Part shown: positions 46,366 through 55,600 of the stretch, one piece after another | How positions within the stretch are numbered: the first letter of the stretch is position 1 | Layout of the letters: every line of letters begins with the position of its first letter | Source: Nitrospirota bacterium | GTDB taxonomy: Bacteria; Nitrospirota; Nitrospiria; JACQBZ01 | Assembly (NCBI GenBank): GCA_016200255.1 | Contig: JACQFA010000039.1 | Location: forward strand, 13,678-77,677 | Length of the DNA stretch: 64,000 nt | Direction: 5' to 3' | The notes under the pieces: generated by a model | The model's input: only the letters and a program-made list of their open reading frames with translations | The model's database searches: none | What the model was told of the DNA's origin: nothing | Position numbers and translations under genes: made by a program

Positions 46366-47340
46366 ATGAACTACAAAGCTAAATTGACTAAAGGACTTCG
46401 TAGTGCAGGGTTGCTGGGCTGGTTGCTTGCCTTGGGATTATTGTATGGCTCTGGTGGGGAAAGTGCTGGTGGTAGTAGCGGTGCCACACCGCAGATCTAC
46501 GTGGCAGACGTTTTCAACCACCGGATCGTGCGGATCAATGACATGACCGGTGCGGGCTGGACCACTCTCGGCACCGAAGGCAACGGGGCCAACCAGTTTC
46601 GCAATCCTGACGGCATTTTTGTAGATGCGGCCGGGAAGATCTACGTGGCAGACTCTTTTAACAACCGGATCGTGCGGGTCGATGACATGACCGGTGCGGG
46701 CTGGACTACATTCGGCACCGTTGGCGCTGGGACCAATCAGTTTTCCAAGCCAACTGGCATCTTTGTCGACACAGCCGGGAAGATCTATGTGACAGACTTT
46801 GTCAGAATCGTGCGGGTCGATGACATGACCGGCACGGGCTGGACTACATTCGGCACCGTTGGCGCTGGGACCAACCAGTTTCATAATCCTGGCGGCATTT
46901 TTGTAGATGCGGCCGGGAAGATCTACGTGGCAGACTCTTTTAACAACCGGATCGTGCGGGTCGATGACATGACCGGCGCGGGTTGGACTACATTTGGTGC
47001 CTCCGGCAATAGGTCCAACCAGCTTAGCGGTCCGGAGGGCATCTTTGTGGATGCAGCCGGGAAGATCTACGTGGCAGACCCCGACAACCACCGCATTGTA
47101 CGGATGAATGACATGACCGGCGCGGGTTGGACCACTCTCGGCACCCCTGGCAGCGGGACAAACCAATTTAGATACCCGTTTGGCATTTCTATAGACACGG
47201 CCGGGAAGATCTACGTGGCAGATGAAAGCAACCGTATTGTGCGGATGAATGACATGACCGGTGCGGGTTGGATCACACTCGGCACCCCTGGCAGCGTGAC
47301 AAATCAATTTCACGTTGCAAGGAACATCTTTATCCGATAG
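46366..47340 (+). CDS. NHL-repeat (six-bladed beta-propeller) protein with signal peptide
   Basis: Repeats of ...GKIYVADSFNNRIVRVDDMTGAGWTTFGT.G.G.NQF..P.GIFVD.A...; N-terminal hydrophobic segment LLGWLLALGLL. One repeat is shortened (KIYVTDFVRIVRVDD). Confidence 0.75.
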   Translation: MNYKAKLTKGLRSAGLLGWLLALGLLYGSGGESAGGSSGATPQIYVADVFNHRIVRINDMTGAGWTTLGTEGNGANQFRNPDGIFVDAAGKIYVADSFNNRIVRVDDMTGAGWTTFGTVGAGTNQFSKPTGIFVDTAGKIYVTDFVRIVRVDDMTGTGWTTFGTVGAGTNQFHNPGGIFVDAAGKIYVADSFNNRIVRVDDMTGAGWTTFGASGNRSNQLSGPEGIFVDAAGKIYVADPDNHRIVRMNDMTGAGWTTLGTPGSGTNQFRYPFGISIDTAGKIYVADESNRIVRMNDMTGAGWITLGTPGSVTNQFHVARNIFIR

Positions 47341-47522
47341 CTTCAGGATTGAAGAAATTCTTTGTGCTCATTTTGTGCTCAAGCCCGCCACTCTCAGGCC
47401 TATTCCAGCCCACTCCAGCCAATTTAGTCTTCCAGTATAATTCTTTGACAGAGTTGGTTTTAGTTGGATAGAATGGGCCAGAGTAGGCAACACTGTGCTA
47501 AAATTGCGATTAAATTATTCGA

Positions 47523-47804
47523 GTGGATTCGAAAATGATGCACAAACCAATCCGAATTCTCTCAGTCACTTTCTTCGTGCTCCTGATTTTGACGTATAGC
47601 CAGGGAGCCGGAGCCGAGCAACAACCTAAATTTACAATCGAGACTCTTCCGGGCGATAAGGGGCCCATCGTTTCTAAAGGCCGAGGGTCAGGTCTTGCAA
47701 TCACGCATCGAGAAACCAACCGATTGCTGAATTCAGAACTTGCCTCGCATGCGCGCGCGGGTAAAAGGAACACTATATTCGATCCTGCATCATTATATAT
47801 ATAG
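47523..47804 (+). CDS. Small secreted protein (93 aa, signal peptide)
   Basis: MDSKMMHKPIRILSVTFFVLLILTYSQGAGA. It is preceded by TTGACA-17-ATAGAAT at about 47447-47480. Confidence 0.4.
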   Translation: MDSKMMHKPIRILSVTFFVLLILTYSQGAGAEQQPKFTIETLPGDKGPIVSKGRGSGLAITHRETNRLLNSELASHARAGKRNTIFDPASLYI

Positions 47805-47935
47805 GCCGCAGAGTGGTCTTGCCACTGTGCTATCGGTCGAGTCCTCAGGCGTCAAAGACCCGGCCCAGAACGAAATAATTAAGTATGGTGTCCCCGGAAT
47901 TTAAGACGGTTCCACGGGAGATAGGCCAATCTTTG

Positions 47936-48364
47936 TCAAGGCGTCCCTTCCGAGCCATTTTGAGAAGGTTGTTGAACCTCTGCACATTCTAGTGAGGCGT
48001 AAACTGGATCGGGATCTAAGTAGTAAGCCCCACCACTCACCAAATCAATAACCGTTCCAACAAAAAACCCCACAAAAAGGAATGGGATGAGATTGGCGAA
48101 CACGATAGGTGAATTATAGCTAAATACCAATACCTGCTTTCGTTCACATCCTGTTTTGTTAAATTCAACTAATGCGCTTTTTCCCCGAGGCAGATCCCTT
48201 TTAACAGGCGTTTTTCCAATCGCTGCGCCATCAACGCTTACTTCTGCTCCTTCGGGATGGGAATTAAAAAGGACTTCTTGTTTGCTGCCATGGATAAGCG
48301 TTCCGTAAGCACATCCATTTAAAATCATTGCCACAAGTACTATATAGGCAATTAATCTTTTCAT
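47936..48364 (-). CDS. PEGA-domain lipoprotein
   Basis: Lipobox MKRLIAYIVLVAMILNGC, and a PEGA-like VSVDGAAIGKTPVKRDLPRGKSALVEFNKTGCERKQVLVF. The locus is lower in GC (~45%). Confidence 0.55.
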   Translation of the reverse strand: MKRLIAYIVLVAMILNGCAYGTLIHGSKQEVLFNSHPEGAEVSVDGAAIGKTPVKRDLPRGKSALVEFNKTGCERKQVLVFSYNSPIVFANLIPFLFVGFFVGTVIDLVSGGAYYLDPDPVYASLECAEVQQPSQNGSEGTP

Positions 48365-48407
48365 GTCTTCACCCACTAAATGCAAATACTTGCTCGCTGA
48401 ACGTAAC

Positions 48408-50630
48408 CTAAAGAAGAAGTAGTCCGGCCTCACGGACGGCCTTCCACTCCCTGCTTTTTAAAAATGTTCCAAACGATTTTTTCGACTTGGCAGGGCAGCG
48501 CCGGGCCGCCTCCGCGAGTTTCAAGTAAGCGGCGCCTTTTCGGCCGCGCGGCTGAGACTCTTTTAAGATCGACTGAAGCCACTCGGCGATTAACGGCTCG
48601 ACTCGGATTTTGCGATCCTCTCCCCGGCCGGGGAGGAATAGAGAGGACCCCTTTGAAATCGACGGAACGCCGCCGAGCCAGACCAGCCTCCGTTCCAGAT
48701 CGTCTCGATAAGAAGGCGCGGCCGCCAGCGCGGTCGTGATGAGGTTCCGCGAGACCTTCGGTTTGGAAAGGGGGGAATCAAAAAAAGTCCGGACGTCGAC
48801 GTCTAATTTGACCCCGTGCATGTAGTTGTAGATCGCCTTGGCGAGTCCTGGCCCGAATCGTTCCGGATCGCTTCCGGTTGGATCGACATGGGTCAGATCG
48901 TTGTTCGCGAAGCGGCCGGGGGCGGGGCCGGTGATCTCGATTCCGTACGCGCCGGGGTTGAGACCGACGGGGCTGTGCCGTGTGGCCGTGAACCGATGCC
49001 AGAAGGCGGAATGGAGTATCCCGGCTTCAAAGAGTTGCCGCACCCGCTCCAGACTTGCTATCGTCTCCACGGCCGTCTCGGTCGGAAATCCGTACATCAG
49101 GTAGGCATGGACCATGATCCCGGCTTCGGTAAAAGCATGCGCGACGCGTGCAACCTGCGCGACGGTGATCCCTTTTTCCATCAGGGCGAGAAGACGGTCG
49201 GAGGCGACCTCCATCCCGCCGGTGACGGCGATGCAGCCGGAGGCGGCCAGCAGACGGCAGAGGTCGGGCGTGAAGGCCTCTTCGAACCGGATATTCCCCC
49301 ACCAGGAAATCGCGCGGCCCCGGTCCAGCAGCTCCAGCGCCAGATCGGCCAGGCGCGATGGCGGCGCGGCCTCGTCCACAAAATGAAACCCCGTCTCTCC
49401 GGTCTCTTCGATCAGGATGTCGATCCGGTCGGCCAATAGCGTCGCCGGCGTCGGCTCGTAGCGCTGGATATAATCGAGCCCGATGTCGCAGAAGGCGCAT
49501 TTTTTCCAGTAACAGCCGTGCGCCACGGTCAGCTTGTTCCAGCGGCCATCCGACCAGAGCCGATGCATCGGGTTGAGCATCTCGACCAGCGACAGGTACG
49601 ATCGAAGCGGAAGGCCGCGATAGGTGGGCGTCCCGGTCTCGGCAAAGGGAACTTCCTGCTCCGGCGCGGTATTGATGTACTGAACCTTGCCATCGCGTCG
49701 CAGGAAGGTCCGGCACAGCCGCCCCATCTCCGGTTCATCGAAGGATTCCAAGAGGGCGAGGAGGGGCCGCTCTCCGGCGTCGAGTGTGACATAGTCCACA
49801 TAATCGAAGAGACGCGGCTCGGCGAGTTCACGCAGCTCGGTATTGACGTAGCCTCCTCCGAGCGCGATTTTGACGCCGGGATACCGCCGGCGGATGAAAG
49901 CGGCCGAGCGGAGCGCACCGTAAAGATTTCCGGGGAAGGGAATCGTGATCCCGACGAGATGAGGCTTGACCGTTTTCATCTGTCGATCCAGGACTTCTTC
50001 CAACATCCGGTCGATCAGGCCGGGCGGATCTTTAAGCGCCTGGTCGAGCGGATCGAAGGAGGTCGCGGAGGCCGCAAGACGCTCGGCATAACGGCTGAGC
50101 CCGAAGCGGGGATCGACCGTCGCCTGGATGAGGTCGGCCAGATCGTCCAGATATAGGGAGGCGAGATGTTTGGCCCGGTCGGTCAGGCCGAGGCTTCCGA
50201 AGGCCCAAAGATCGTCGTCCAGTTTTGAAAAACGGGGCCCTTCCGGCAAAAACCGGCGACGGCTTATCTGGGTCGCCCAGGAAGGATCATTTCCCTGGAG
50301 AAACCGGATCACCGGATCGATCGTGTCGAGGTAACGATCCCTCAATGAGACGGCCCGCTCAATCACCGGGTCGGACGTCCGAGTCCGCGCCCGGCTCGAA
50401 TCAATCGCCTCAAAAAGGCGGGCCAGCCCCGGACCGGAAAAAAGCGCCAGAAACGTTTCGATTCCCAGATCGGCCTGGAAGACTGTCTCGGTTTTGGATT
50501 GAAGATAACCGGTCAGATAGGCCGTCGCGGGATACGGGGTGTTCAACTGGGTGAAGGGAGGGGTCAGGAGAAGGAGGCGCGGCATGACGGAACGCGACGG
50601 AAAAGCGTCAGTAACCGCCGGGGCTGCCAT
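48408..50630 (-). CDS. B12-binding-domain radical SAM protein (740 aa)
   Basis: N-terminal B12-binding-like (...VKIALGGGYVNTELREL...) and the radical SAM CxxxCxxC motif VAHGCYWKKCAFC; large C-terminal region of unknown function. Confidence 0.7.
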   Translation of the reverse strand: MAAPAVTDAFPSRSVMPRLLLLTPPFTQLNTPYPATAYLTGYLQSKTETVFQADLGIETFLALFSGPGLARLFEAIDSSRARTRTSDPVIERAVSLRDRYLDTIDPVIRFLQGNDPSWATQISRRRFLPEGPRFSKLDDDLWAFGSLGLTDRAKHLASLYLDDLADLIQATVDPRFGLSRYAERLAASATSFDPLDQALKDPPGLIDRMLEEVLDRQMKTVKPHLVGITIPFPGNLYGALRSAAFIRRRYPGVKIALGGGYVNTELRELAEPRLFDYVDYVTLDAGERPLLALLESFDEPEMGRLCRTFLRRDGKVQYINTAPEQEVPFAETGTPTYRGLPLRSYLSLVEMLNPMHRLWSDGRWNKLTVAHGCYWKKCAFCDIGLDYIQRYEPTPATLLADRIDILIEETGETGFHFVDEAAPPSRLADLALELLDRGRAISWWGNIRFEEAFTPDLCRLLAASGCIAVTGGMEVASDRLLALMEKGITVAQVARVAHAFTEAGIMVHAYLMYGFPTETAVETIASLERVRQLFEAGILHSAFWHRFTATRHSPVGLNPGAYGIEITGPAPGRFANNDLTHVDPTGSDPERFGPGLAKAIYNYMHGVKLDVDVRTFFDSPLSKPKVSRNLITTALAAAPSYRDDLERRLVWLGGVPSISKGSSLFLPGRGEDRKIRVEPLIAEWLQSILKESQPRGRKGAAYLKLAEAARRCPAKSKKSFGTFLKSREWKAVREAGLLLL

Positions 50631-50802
50631 GCCGGTCTTCCTCGCGCTTCAGGTCCTGCATCCCCTTGTCGGAGTCCTGTTTGATCTTGTCCTGATCCGG
50701 CCGCTCGGGCGGCGACGAGGCGCAGCCGACAAGTCCCAACGTCAGCGCCGTGGCAAGAACAGCCGGGAACAGGATCCCCTTTTTGAATAAATCGTTCTTC
50801 AT
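50608..50802 (-). CDS. Small lipoprotein (64 aa)
   Basis: Lipobox LTLGLVGCASS; overlaps the upstream gene's 3' end. Confidence 0.45.
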   Translation of the reverse strand: MKNDLFKKGILFPAVLATALTLGLVGCASSPPERPDQDKIKQDSDKGMQDLKREEDRHGSPGGY

Positions 50803-51863
50803 TTTTCTTCCTTTCCATAGATGAATTCGGCGATCTGGCGGCCGACTTCCTCCGTCACTTCCTGCCCGGCCGCGCGAAGCGCGCGGGCCTCGGCCTCGGA
50901 AGCGGTCAGATGCCCTTCGCGCCCCTGCCGCGTCATGCTCCCGATCACCTGCTGCGTCGCCCGGTCGGTGAGATCAATGGCCGCCGTCCATCGGACGAAC
51001 CGCGTCGGGGGCGATCCGCCCGCGGGCATCTGGACCGGCTCAAAGGTCACGGCGCCTTTGACCGTCAAATCGGGCTGCAGATCGGGCGCGGCGGAACCGG
51101 CCGGCACGACGGGCAGCCCCTGCCGGTTCAATCCCTCGACGATCGCGGCCCGCATCTCATTGTTGTGCGGACCGCCGACCTCGACCACGATCTTGAAATT
51201 TTGGGCCAGGAACTGGCGCAGGTCCTGACTGATCACGGCCAGGCTGACCATGCTCTCGGAGCCTTTTCCGGTGGGACTGACGACCCGGAGCTCCGTGTTA
51301 TAGGCGTCCCGCAGCAATAAATTCTCGACCGTCGAATGAAACGCCCTCACGGTTTTCAGTTTGTCTCCGGACTGCCGGGCCTGCTTCAGCCGCTCTTCGA
51401 TTTGAAGATCCAGCGAGGTGATCCGGTCTCTCAAGGACGAGGCGGCATGCTGCCGGTCCATCACGGCCAGCGCATAGTAGACCGCCTTGGACTCGTCCAT
51501 CCATCTCTCCGCGATGCTCACGTTCTCCAACACTTTTTTGGTCGAGACCTGCGTCACCTGCTCGATGTTGATCTGCCGGCTGTCCTCCGATCGTACCTTG
51601 GAATCCGACTGGAGATATTTTTCCCATTCCTGCGTCTTGGAATTGATCTCGGCCGTGAAGATTTTTGAAACCGCGGCGTAGGCCCGGTCCTCGGCCGCCT
51701 GACGGGTGTCCGCATAGCCGACGCCGGTCAGGTACAGCGCTTCCGGATATTTTTTGCTCGATCCGTTGACCCAATCCGGAGAACCTGCCGCGATAACCGG
51801 GGAAGAAACGCCGATCCATACGATCAGTCCGGCAGCCACGATGCTTAAAACACTTTTTTTCAT
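50799..51863 (-). CDS. LPP20-domain periplasmic protein (signal peptide)
   Basis: MKKSVLSIVAAGLIVWIGVSSPVIAAG...YLTGVGYADTRQAAEDRAYAAVSKIFTAEI LPP20-like N-terminal domain. Confidence 0.55.
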   Translation of the reverse strand: MKKSVLSIVAAGLIVWIGVSSPVIAAGSPDWVNGSSKKYPEALYLTGVGYADTRQAAEDRAYAAVSKIFTAEINSKTQEWEKYLQSDSKVRSEDSRQINIEQVTQVSTKKVLENVSIAERWMDESKAVYYALAVMDRQHAASSLRDRITSLDLQIEERLKQARQSGDKLKTVRAFHSTVENLLLRDAYNTELRVVSPTGKGSESMVSLAVISQDLRQFLAQNFKIVVEVGGPHNNEMRAAIVEGLNRQGLPVVPAGSAAPDLQPDLTVKGAVTFEPVQMPAGGSPPTRFVRWTAAIDLTDRATQQVIGSMTRQGREGHLTASEAEARALRAAGQEVTEEVGRQIAEFIYGKEEK

Positions 51864-51887
51864 CCTGTCTCCACCATCCAATTTGTT

Positions 51888-53246
51888 TTATTGCGGCCCA
51901 AGGACCCGGTACCCCAAAAACCGTTTCTCTCCGGCCTTCAGCGTCATGGCCGGAAATGTTTTCCGTTCGATCAAGCCGTCCGTGGTATCGTAATACTCGA
52001 CGGCAACCGTGTACGTTCCCGGAGGAACGGCCAGCCGGGCCAATTGAATCTGCCCCGGCAGCGTGCGCCAGCTCCGCTTGTCCGTTTGCTCCGTAGCCAC
52101 GGCGGCCACGTTGGCCAGGAGACCGGCCACCGGCCCGCCCTTCTTTTCAGCCTCCCGCGTCGCCTGATACTTGACCACGGCCCTCGCAATCGACTTGGCC
52201 GTGATCCGGGCGATGCGGTCCTCCAGGTTTTTCTTGGCAATCGCCGTGACGTCCTCGGCCAAAAAGGTCCGTTGGGAAACGGCCCCGCCCGAACCGGCCG
52301 CCGGGATCAGATGCACCTCGGCCGTCTTGACCTTGTTGGACCGCGGCACGAACTTCGGAAGGGCCACGCGAAGAACATACACGCCGCCCTTCTTTTCCGG
52401 GATCGGCGCCTCGATGAAAAAATCTTCCTTGATCGGCGATCGGCCGGTATAACTGACGAAGACCAGTTCGCTCTGGCCTTTCAATTCCTTCTCGGTCGTC
52501 CAGCGCGCGCTCGGAAATTGCTTGAGGTAGTCCTGATGCTCTTCCTCCAGGTGGAGTGCCGCCGTTACCCGCAAGAGATCGGCCGGAAGCGTCGGCGGCA
52601 TCGGCGTGCCGTAGTTCTTTCGATAATCGCCGTAGGCTTCATAGGCCTTGCGATACGAGATAAAGGCGTCGTTCAGTTCGCCCTTCGCCTCGAACAGGAT
52701 CCCGCTCAGATACTGGGCCAACGCATCCTGTTTATAGACATTCTTTTTTTCATACTTGTCGTTAAACAGATTGAGTTTATGATCCACCTTTCGGGCCTCG
52801 ACCAGCGCCTCGTCCCATTGTCCGAGATAACCGTAGTTGAGCGCCGCGATCACGTTGATCATGACCTTTTCGAAATCCTCCCCTTCGTACGGCAGGGCAT
52901 TGTCGTTGGTCAGCATGGCGCCGGCCCCGGCCGCGACGCTCTGGGTGTAGAGTTCGTCGATCCGGTTCTCGGCCTGGGTCAGGGATTGATTGCTCTCGTT
53001 GTACTGCCCGGCCAGATGAAGCATCATGCCCCGATCGAAATCGTATAAGACGGCATTGCGGTCGCCGTAGTCGGACTGGTGCTTCACGATCACGGCGTCG
53101 GCCTCGGCGAACTGCTGCCGGGACTGGAGGTTGTCCACGAGGATGTAATGGTGCACACCCGGCCCGCAGCCCGACAGGACCAGCAAACCGACGAGGACAG
53201 GAATCGACAACCATGTTTGCATCACGCCCCGATGGATGGATGTCAT
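51888..53246 (-). CDS. Lipoprotein with TPR-like helical region (452 aa)
   Basis: Lipobox LVLSGCGP. The central region is helical-repeat-like with no family assignment. Confidence 0.5.
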   Translation of the reverse strand: MTSIHRGVMQTWLSIPVLVGLLVLSGCGPGVHHYILVDNLQSRQQFAEADAVIVKHQSDYGDRNAVLYDFDRGMMLHLAGQYNESNQSLTQAENRIDELYTQSVAAGAGAMLTNDNALPYEGEDFEKVMINVIAALNYGYLGQWDEALVEARKVDHKLNLFNDKYEKKNVYKQDALAQYLSGILFEAKGELNDAFISYRKAYEAYGDYRKNYGTPMPPTLPADLLRVTAALHLEEEHQDYLKQFPSARWTTEKELKGQSELVFVSYTGRSPIKEDFFIEAPIPEKKGGVYVLRVALPKFVPRSNKVKTAEVHLIPAAGSGGAVSQRTFLAEDVTAIAKKNLEDRIARITAKSIARAVVKYQATREAEKKGGPVAGLLANVAAVATEQTDKRSWRTLPGQIQLARLAVPPGTYTVAVEYYDTTDGLIERKTFPAMTLKAGEKRFLGYRVLGPQ

Positions 53247-53248
53247 GG

Positions 53249-53890
53249 TTAGAATCCGAAACGGCTCTTCTCGACCACCTTCTTGATTTTTTTCTGCCCG
53301 GCCCAGACCTTCAGGTTCTTCTCCATATCAAAGAACTCCAGGTCCACCTGGTAGTAAACAACCTTGGTCCCCTTGGACTCGTCCAGAATCGAATTGATCG
53401 TGCCCTTGAGCATGTAGTCGGCCCCGATCTCCTTGCCCAGGCCCTTGGCCGTTTCCTGGGATGACTGGGACTGTTGATCCTGCCGCTCCTCACGGACCTC
53501 GTCACGCTCGGACTTCGACGCCACGAACTGGACCCGGCCGTCGTTCGTCAGTTCGCGCTCCAGGTCCTTGGTAAAGGTCTGTACGTTGATATGTTCCGTA
53601 CTCCGGTTCATCACGGTCCCGACGATCACGGTCGGGGTCTTGCCGGAATGCTGCTTGCCGAATTTATCAAGCCAGGGACGGGACAGCACGTCCTTGATCA
53701 TCTCCTCGGCCACCATCCGGGAATCGGCGTCGTTCCACCGGCCCGACAGATCGATCGTCGTATCGGCTCCGACCCGCTCCACTTTCGTTGTCGCGCAACC
53801 CGCCGCCCCGACCAGCAACAGGATCAACAGGGTTCCGGTCAGCGACATCGGAATCATTTCAAAAACGTTTTTCAAAGACATTCGTCTCAT
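53249..53890 (-). CDS. LpoB-like lipoprotein (PBP-activator LpoB/COG3417 family)
   Basis: Lipobox LLVGAAGC. VIVGTVMNRSTEHINVQTFTKDLERELTNDGRVQFV...GADYMLKGTINSI...YQVDLEFFDMEKNLKVWAG matches the LpoB pattern LLVDSVNNRTNGSLNA...LRNALANNGKFTLV...GAHYVLYSSASGN. It is the same length as E. coli LpoB (213 aa). Confidence 0.6.
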   Translation of the reverse strand: MRRMSLKNVFEMIPMSLTGTLLILLLVGAAGCATTKVERVGADTTIDLSGRWNDADSRMVAEEMIKDVLSRPWLDKFGKQHSGKTPTVIVGTVMNRSTEHINVQTFTKDLERELTNDGRVQFVASKSERDEVREERQDQQSQSSQETAKGLGKEIGADYMLKGTINSILDESKGTKVVYYQVDLEFFDMEKNLKVWAGQKKIKKVVEKSRFGF

Positions 53891-53921
53891 CGGTTCTCTC
53901 CTTCATACATTAAAAAAATCC

Positions 53922-54923
53922 CTATCGAAATTTTCCCCGCATCTCTTTCATCAGGTCTTCCATTTCCTTCATCCGGTCCGCGATCAGCCGGTCCAGATCG
54001 TACGGACGTTTCTCGGTCAGAATCTGAACCGCCGGTTTTTCCTCTTGGGCCGGCTTCTTCGAACCAGACGGAGGACTCTTGGGCGCGGCTTCCGATTTTT
54101 GAACCGGCGTGACCGGTTTATCCACGGCCGGAGGAGGTGACGGAGCCGGCGCCGATGACACCGGCGGCTTTGTCGGTGATTCGTACGGAACGGCCACGCC
54201 CTGCGTCGCCAGCCACTGCCGGGCGACGCTGGATTTGACCGCAAAATTGATTGAAGTAATCGTCAGCCCGTCGGCCGCCTTCCGGGAGATCATCGTATTC
54301 ACGCCCACCATGGCCCCCCGCCCGTCCAGCAGAGGTCCGCCGGAATTGCCGCGGTTCAGGCTGGTCTCGGTCTGAAAAATATCCTTTCCCTTCACGCCGT
54401 TGAAATTCTCGATCTCGGCGCTGATCGTCCCCGTGGTCAGGGTCCAGAGCCCGCCGGTTTCCGGATGTCCGATCGCCACGACCGGATCCCCGATCGCGAC
54501 CTGATCGGGATCTCCCAGAGACACGACCGTCAGACCTGCCGGCGGATTTTCCATCCGAAGCAACGCCATGTCCAGGGCCGCATCGTAGCCCAGAAGCTTC
54601 GCCTCGACACGTCGGGTCAGGTCCTTGTCCATGTTGCCGGTCACACGGTCCGGTTTTAAAAACAGGCTGACATGGCGATACGGCCGGTTCGTTTCCTTGT
54701 TGATCACGACATGGGCGTTCGTAATCACCAGCCCGTCGGTCCGGATGATCGAGCCGGTCCCCCCGCTGCCCATGCGGCCGTCATCGCTGGCCAGTATCAG
54801 GACCACCCCCGGCCCGATGCTCTGATAGATCTCCTTCGGACTATTGGCCCATGCGGCAGTCGCACAAAACACGACGACCGCCAAAAACAGAAGGCCGGTT
54901 TCTATGCAAACGCTCCGCTTCAT
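53922..54923 (-). CDS. Trypsin-like (S1) serine protease, secreted, with a Pro-rich C-terminal tail
   Basis: Catalytic triad context TNAHVV...D...GNSGGPLLD; signal peptide; no PDZ domain. Confidence 0.8.
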   Translation of the reverse strand: MKRSVCIETGLLFLAVVVFCATAAWANSPKEIYQSIGPGVVLILASDDGRMGSGGTGSIIRTDGLVITNAHVVINKETNRPYRHVSLFLKPDRVTGNMDKDLTRRVEAKLLGYDAALDMALLRMENPPAGLTVVSLGDPDQVAIGDPVVAIGHPETGGLWTLTTGTISAEIENFNGVKGKDIFQTETSLNRGNSGGPLLDGRGAMVGVNTMISRKAADGLTITSINFAVKSSVARQWLATQGVAVPYESPTKPPVSSAPAPSPPPAVDKPVTPVQKSEAAPKSPPSGSKKPAQEEKPAVQILTEKRPYDLDRLIADRMKEMEDLMKEMRGKFR

Positions 54924-54944
54924 GACCCAGACTCCAACCGTGGA

Positions 54945-55538
54945 CTACTTCGCCCGCTTCTCTTCCTCGGCGGCAAGACCCTCGAATGATTTTTCGGCGT
55001 TCTTCTTCACATAATCCCGAACGGCCGAGTTCAGCTCCTTGATCTTGTCCAGGCTGTTTTTGAAACTCTCCAGATCGAGACGCGCCAGCGCAAAGAGCTC
55101 GCTGGTCGAAGGATCGGTCCAGTGATCAATGATCATCACGCCGTTCAAGGTCGCGGAGGAGAAGGTCTTGATCGCCTGTTCGATATACTGTTCCTCGCTC
55201 GTGGCCGACGCGCCCGTCACGGCCCCTCCGCCCGTCGTCGAGGCGGCGTAATCCTTCATGAGCGAAGCGGTGTAGGTTTCAAAGATCTTGGTGATCTCAG
55301 CCCGCGCGCGGTTTTCCGCAGCGGTCCGCGCCAGCGGCGGATTGCGGACGCCGATCACGGATCCGACGCCATAGAACACCTTGCTGCCCGAGTCCTTGAA
55401 CGCCCCGCTGCCCTTGGTCACCCATTCCGGCGGTTGAGCGCCGGCAGGCTGTTTGCCGGCACAGCCCGTCATTGAAACCGGCAGCAGCGCCGCCAGGATG
55501 ATTCCCAAAACCACAACCCTTGCATTCATTCGCTTCAT
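54945..55538 (-). CDS. LPP20/FlgP-family lipoprotein
   Basis: Lipobox VSMTGCAG; LPP20-like GVGSVIGVRNPPLARTAAENRARAEITKIFETY. Confidence 0.6.
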   Translation of the reverse strand: MKRMNARVVVLGIILAALLPVSMTGCAGKQPAGAQPPEWVTKGSGAFKDSGSKVFYGVGSVIGVRNPPLARTAAENRARAEITKIFETYTASLMKDYAASTTGGGAVTGASATSEEQYIEQAIKTFSSATLNGVMIIDHWTDPSTSELFALARLDLESFKNSLDKIKELNSAVRDYVKKNAEKSFEGLAAEEEKRAK

Positions 55539-55600
55539 GGCATCCTCCTCTTGATTTGAATAGCGTTGACCGAAATGAACGTCCTCCGTTCCGATGTCTT

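Noticed and set aside
48816-50156. Multiple plus- and minus-strand ORFs of 200-230 aa inside 48.4-50.6 kb
   Set aside because: All overlap the 740-aa radical SAM gene, whose CxxxCxxC and B12-binding motifs are clear. They have no features of their own.
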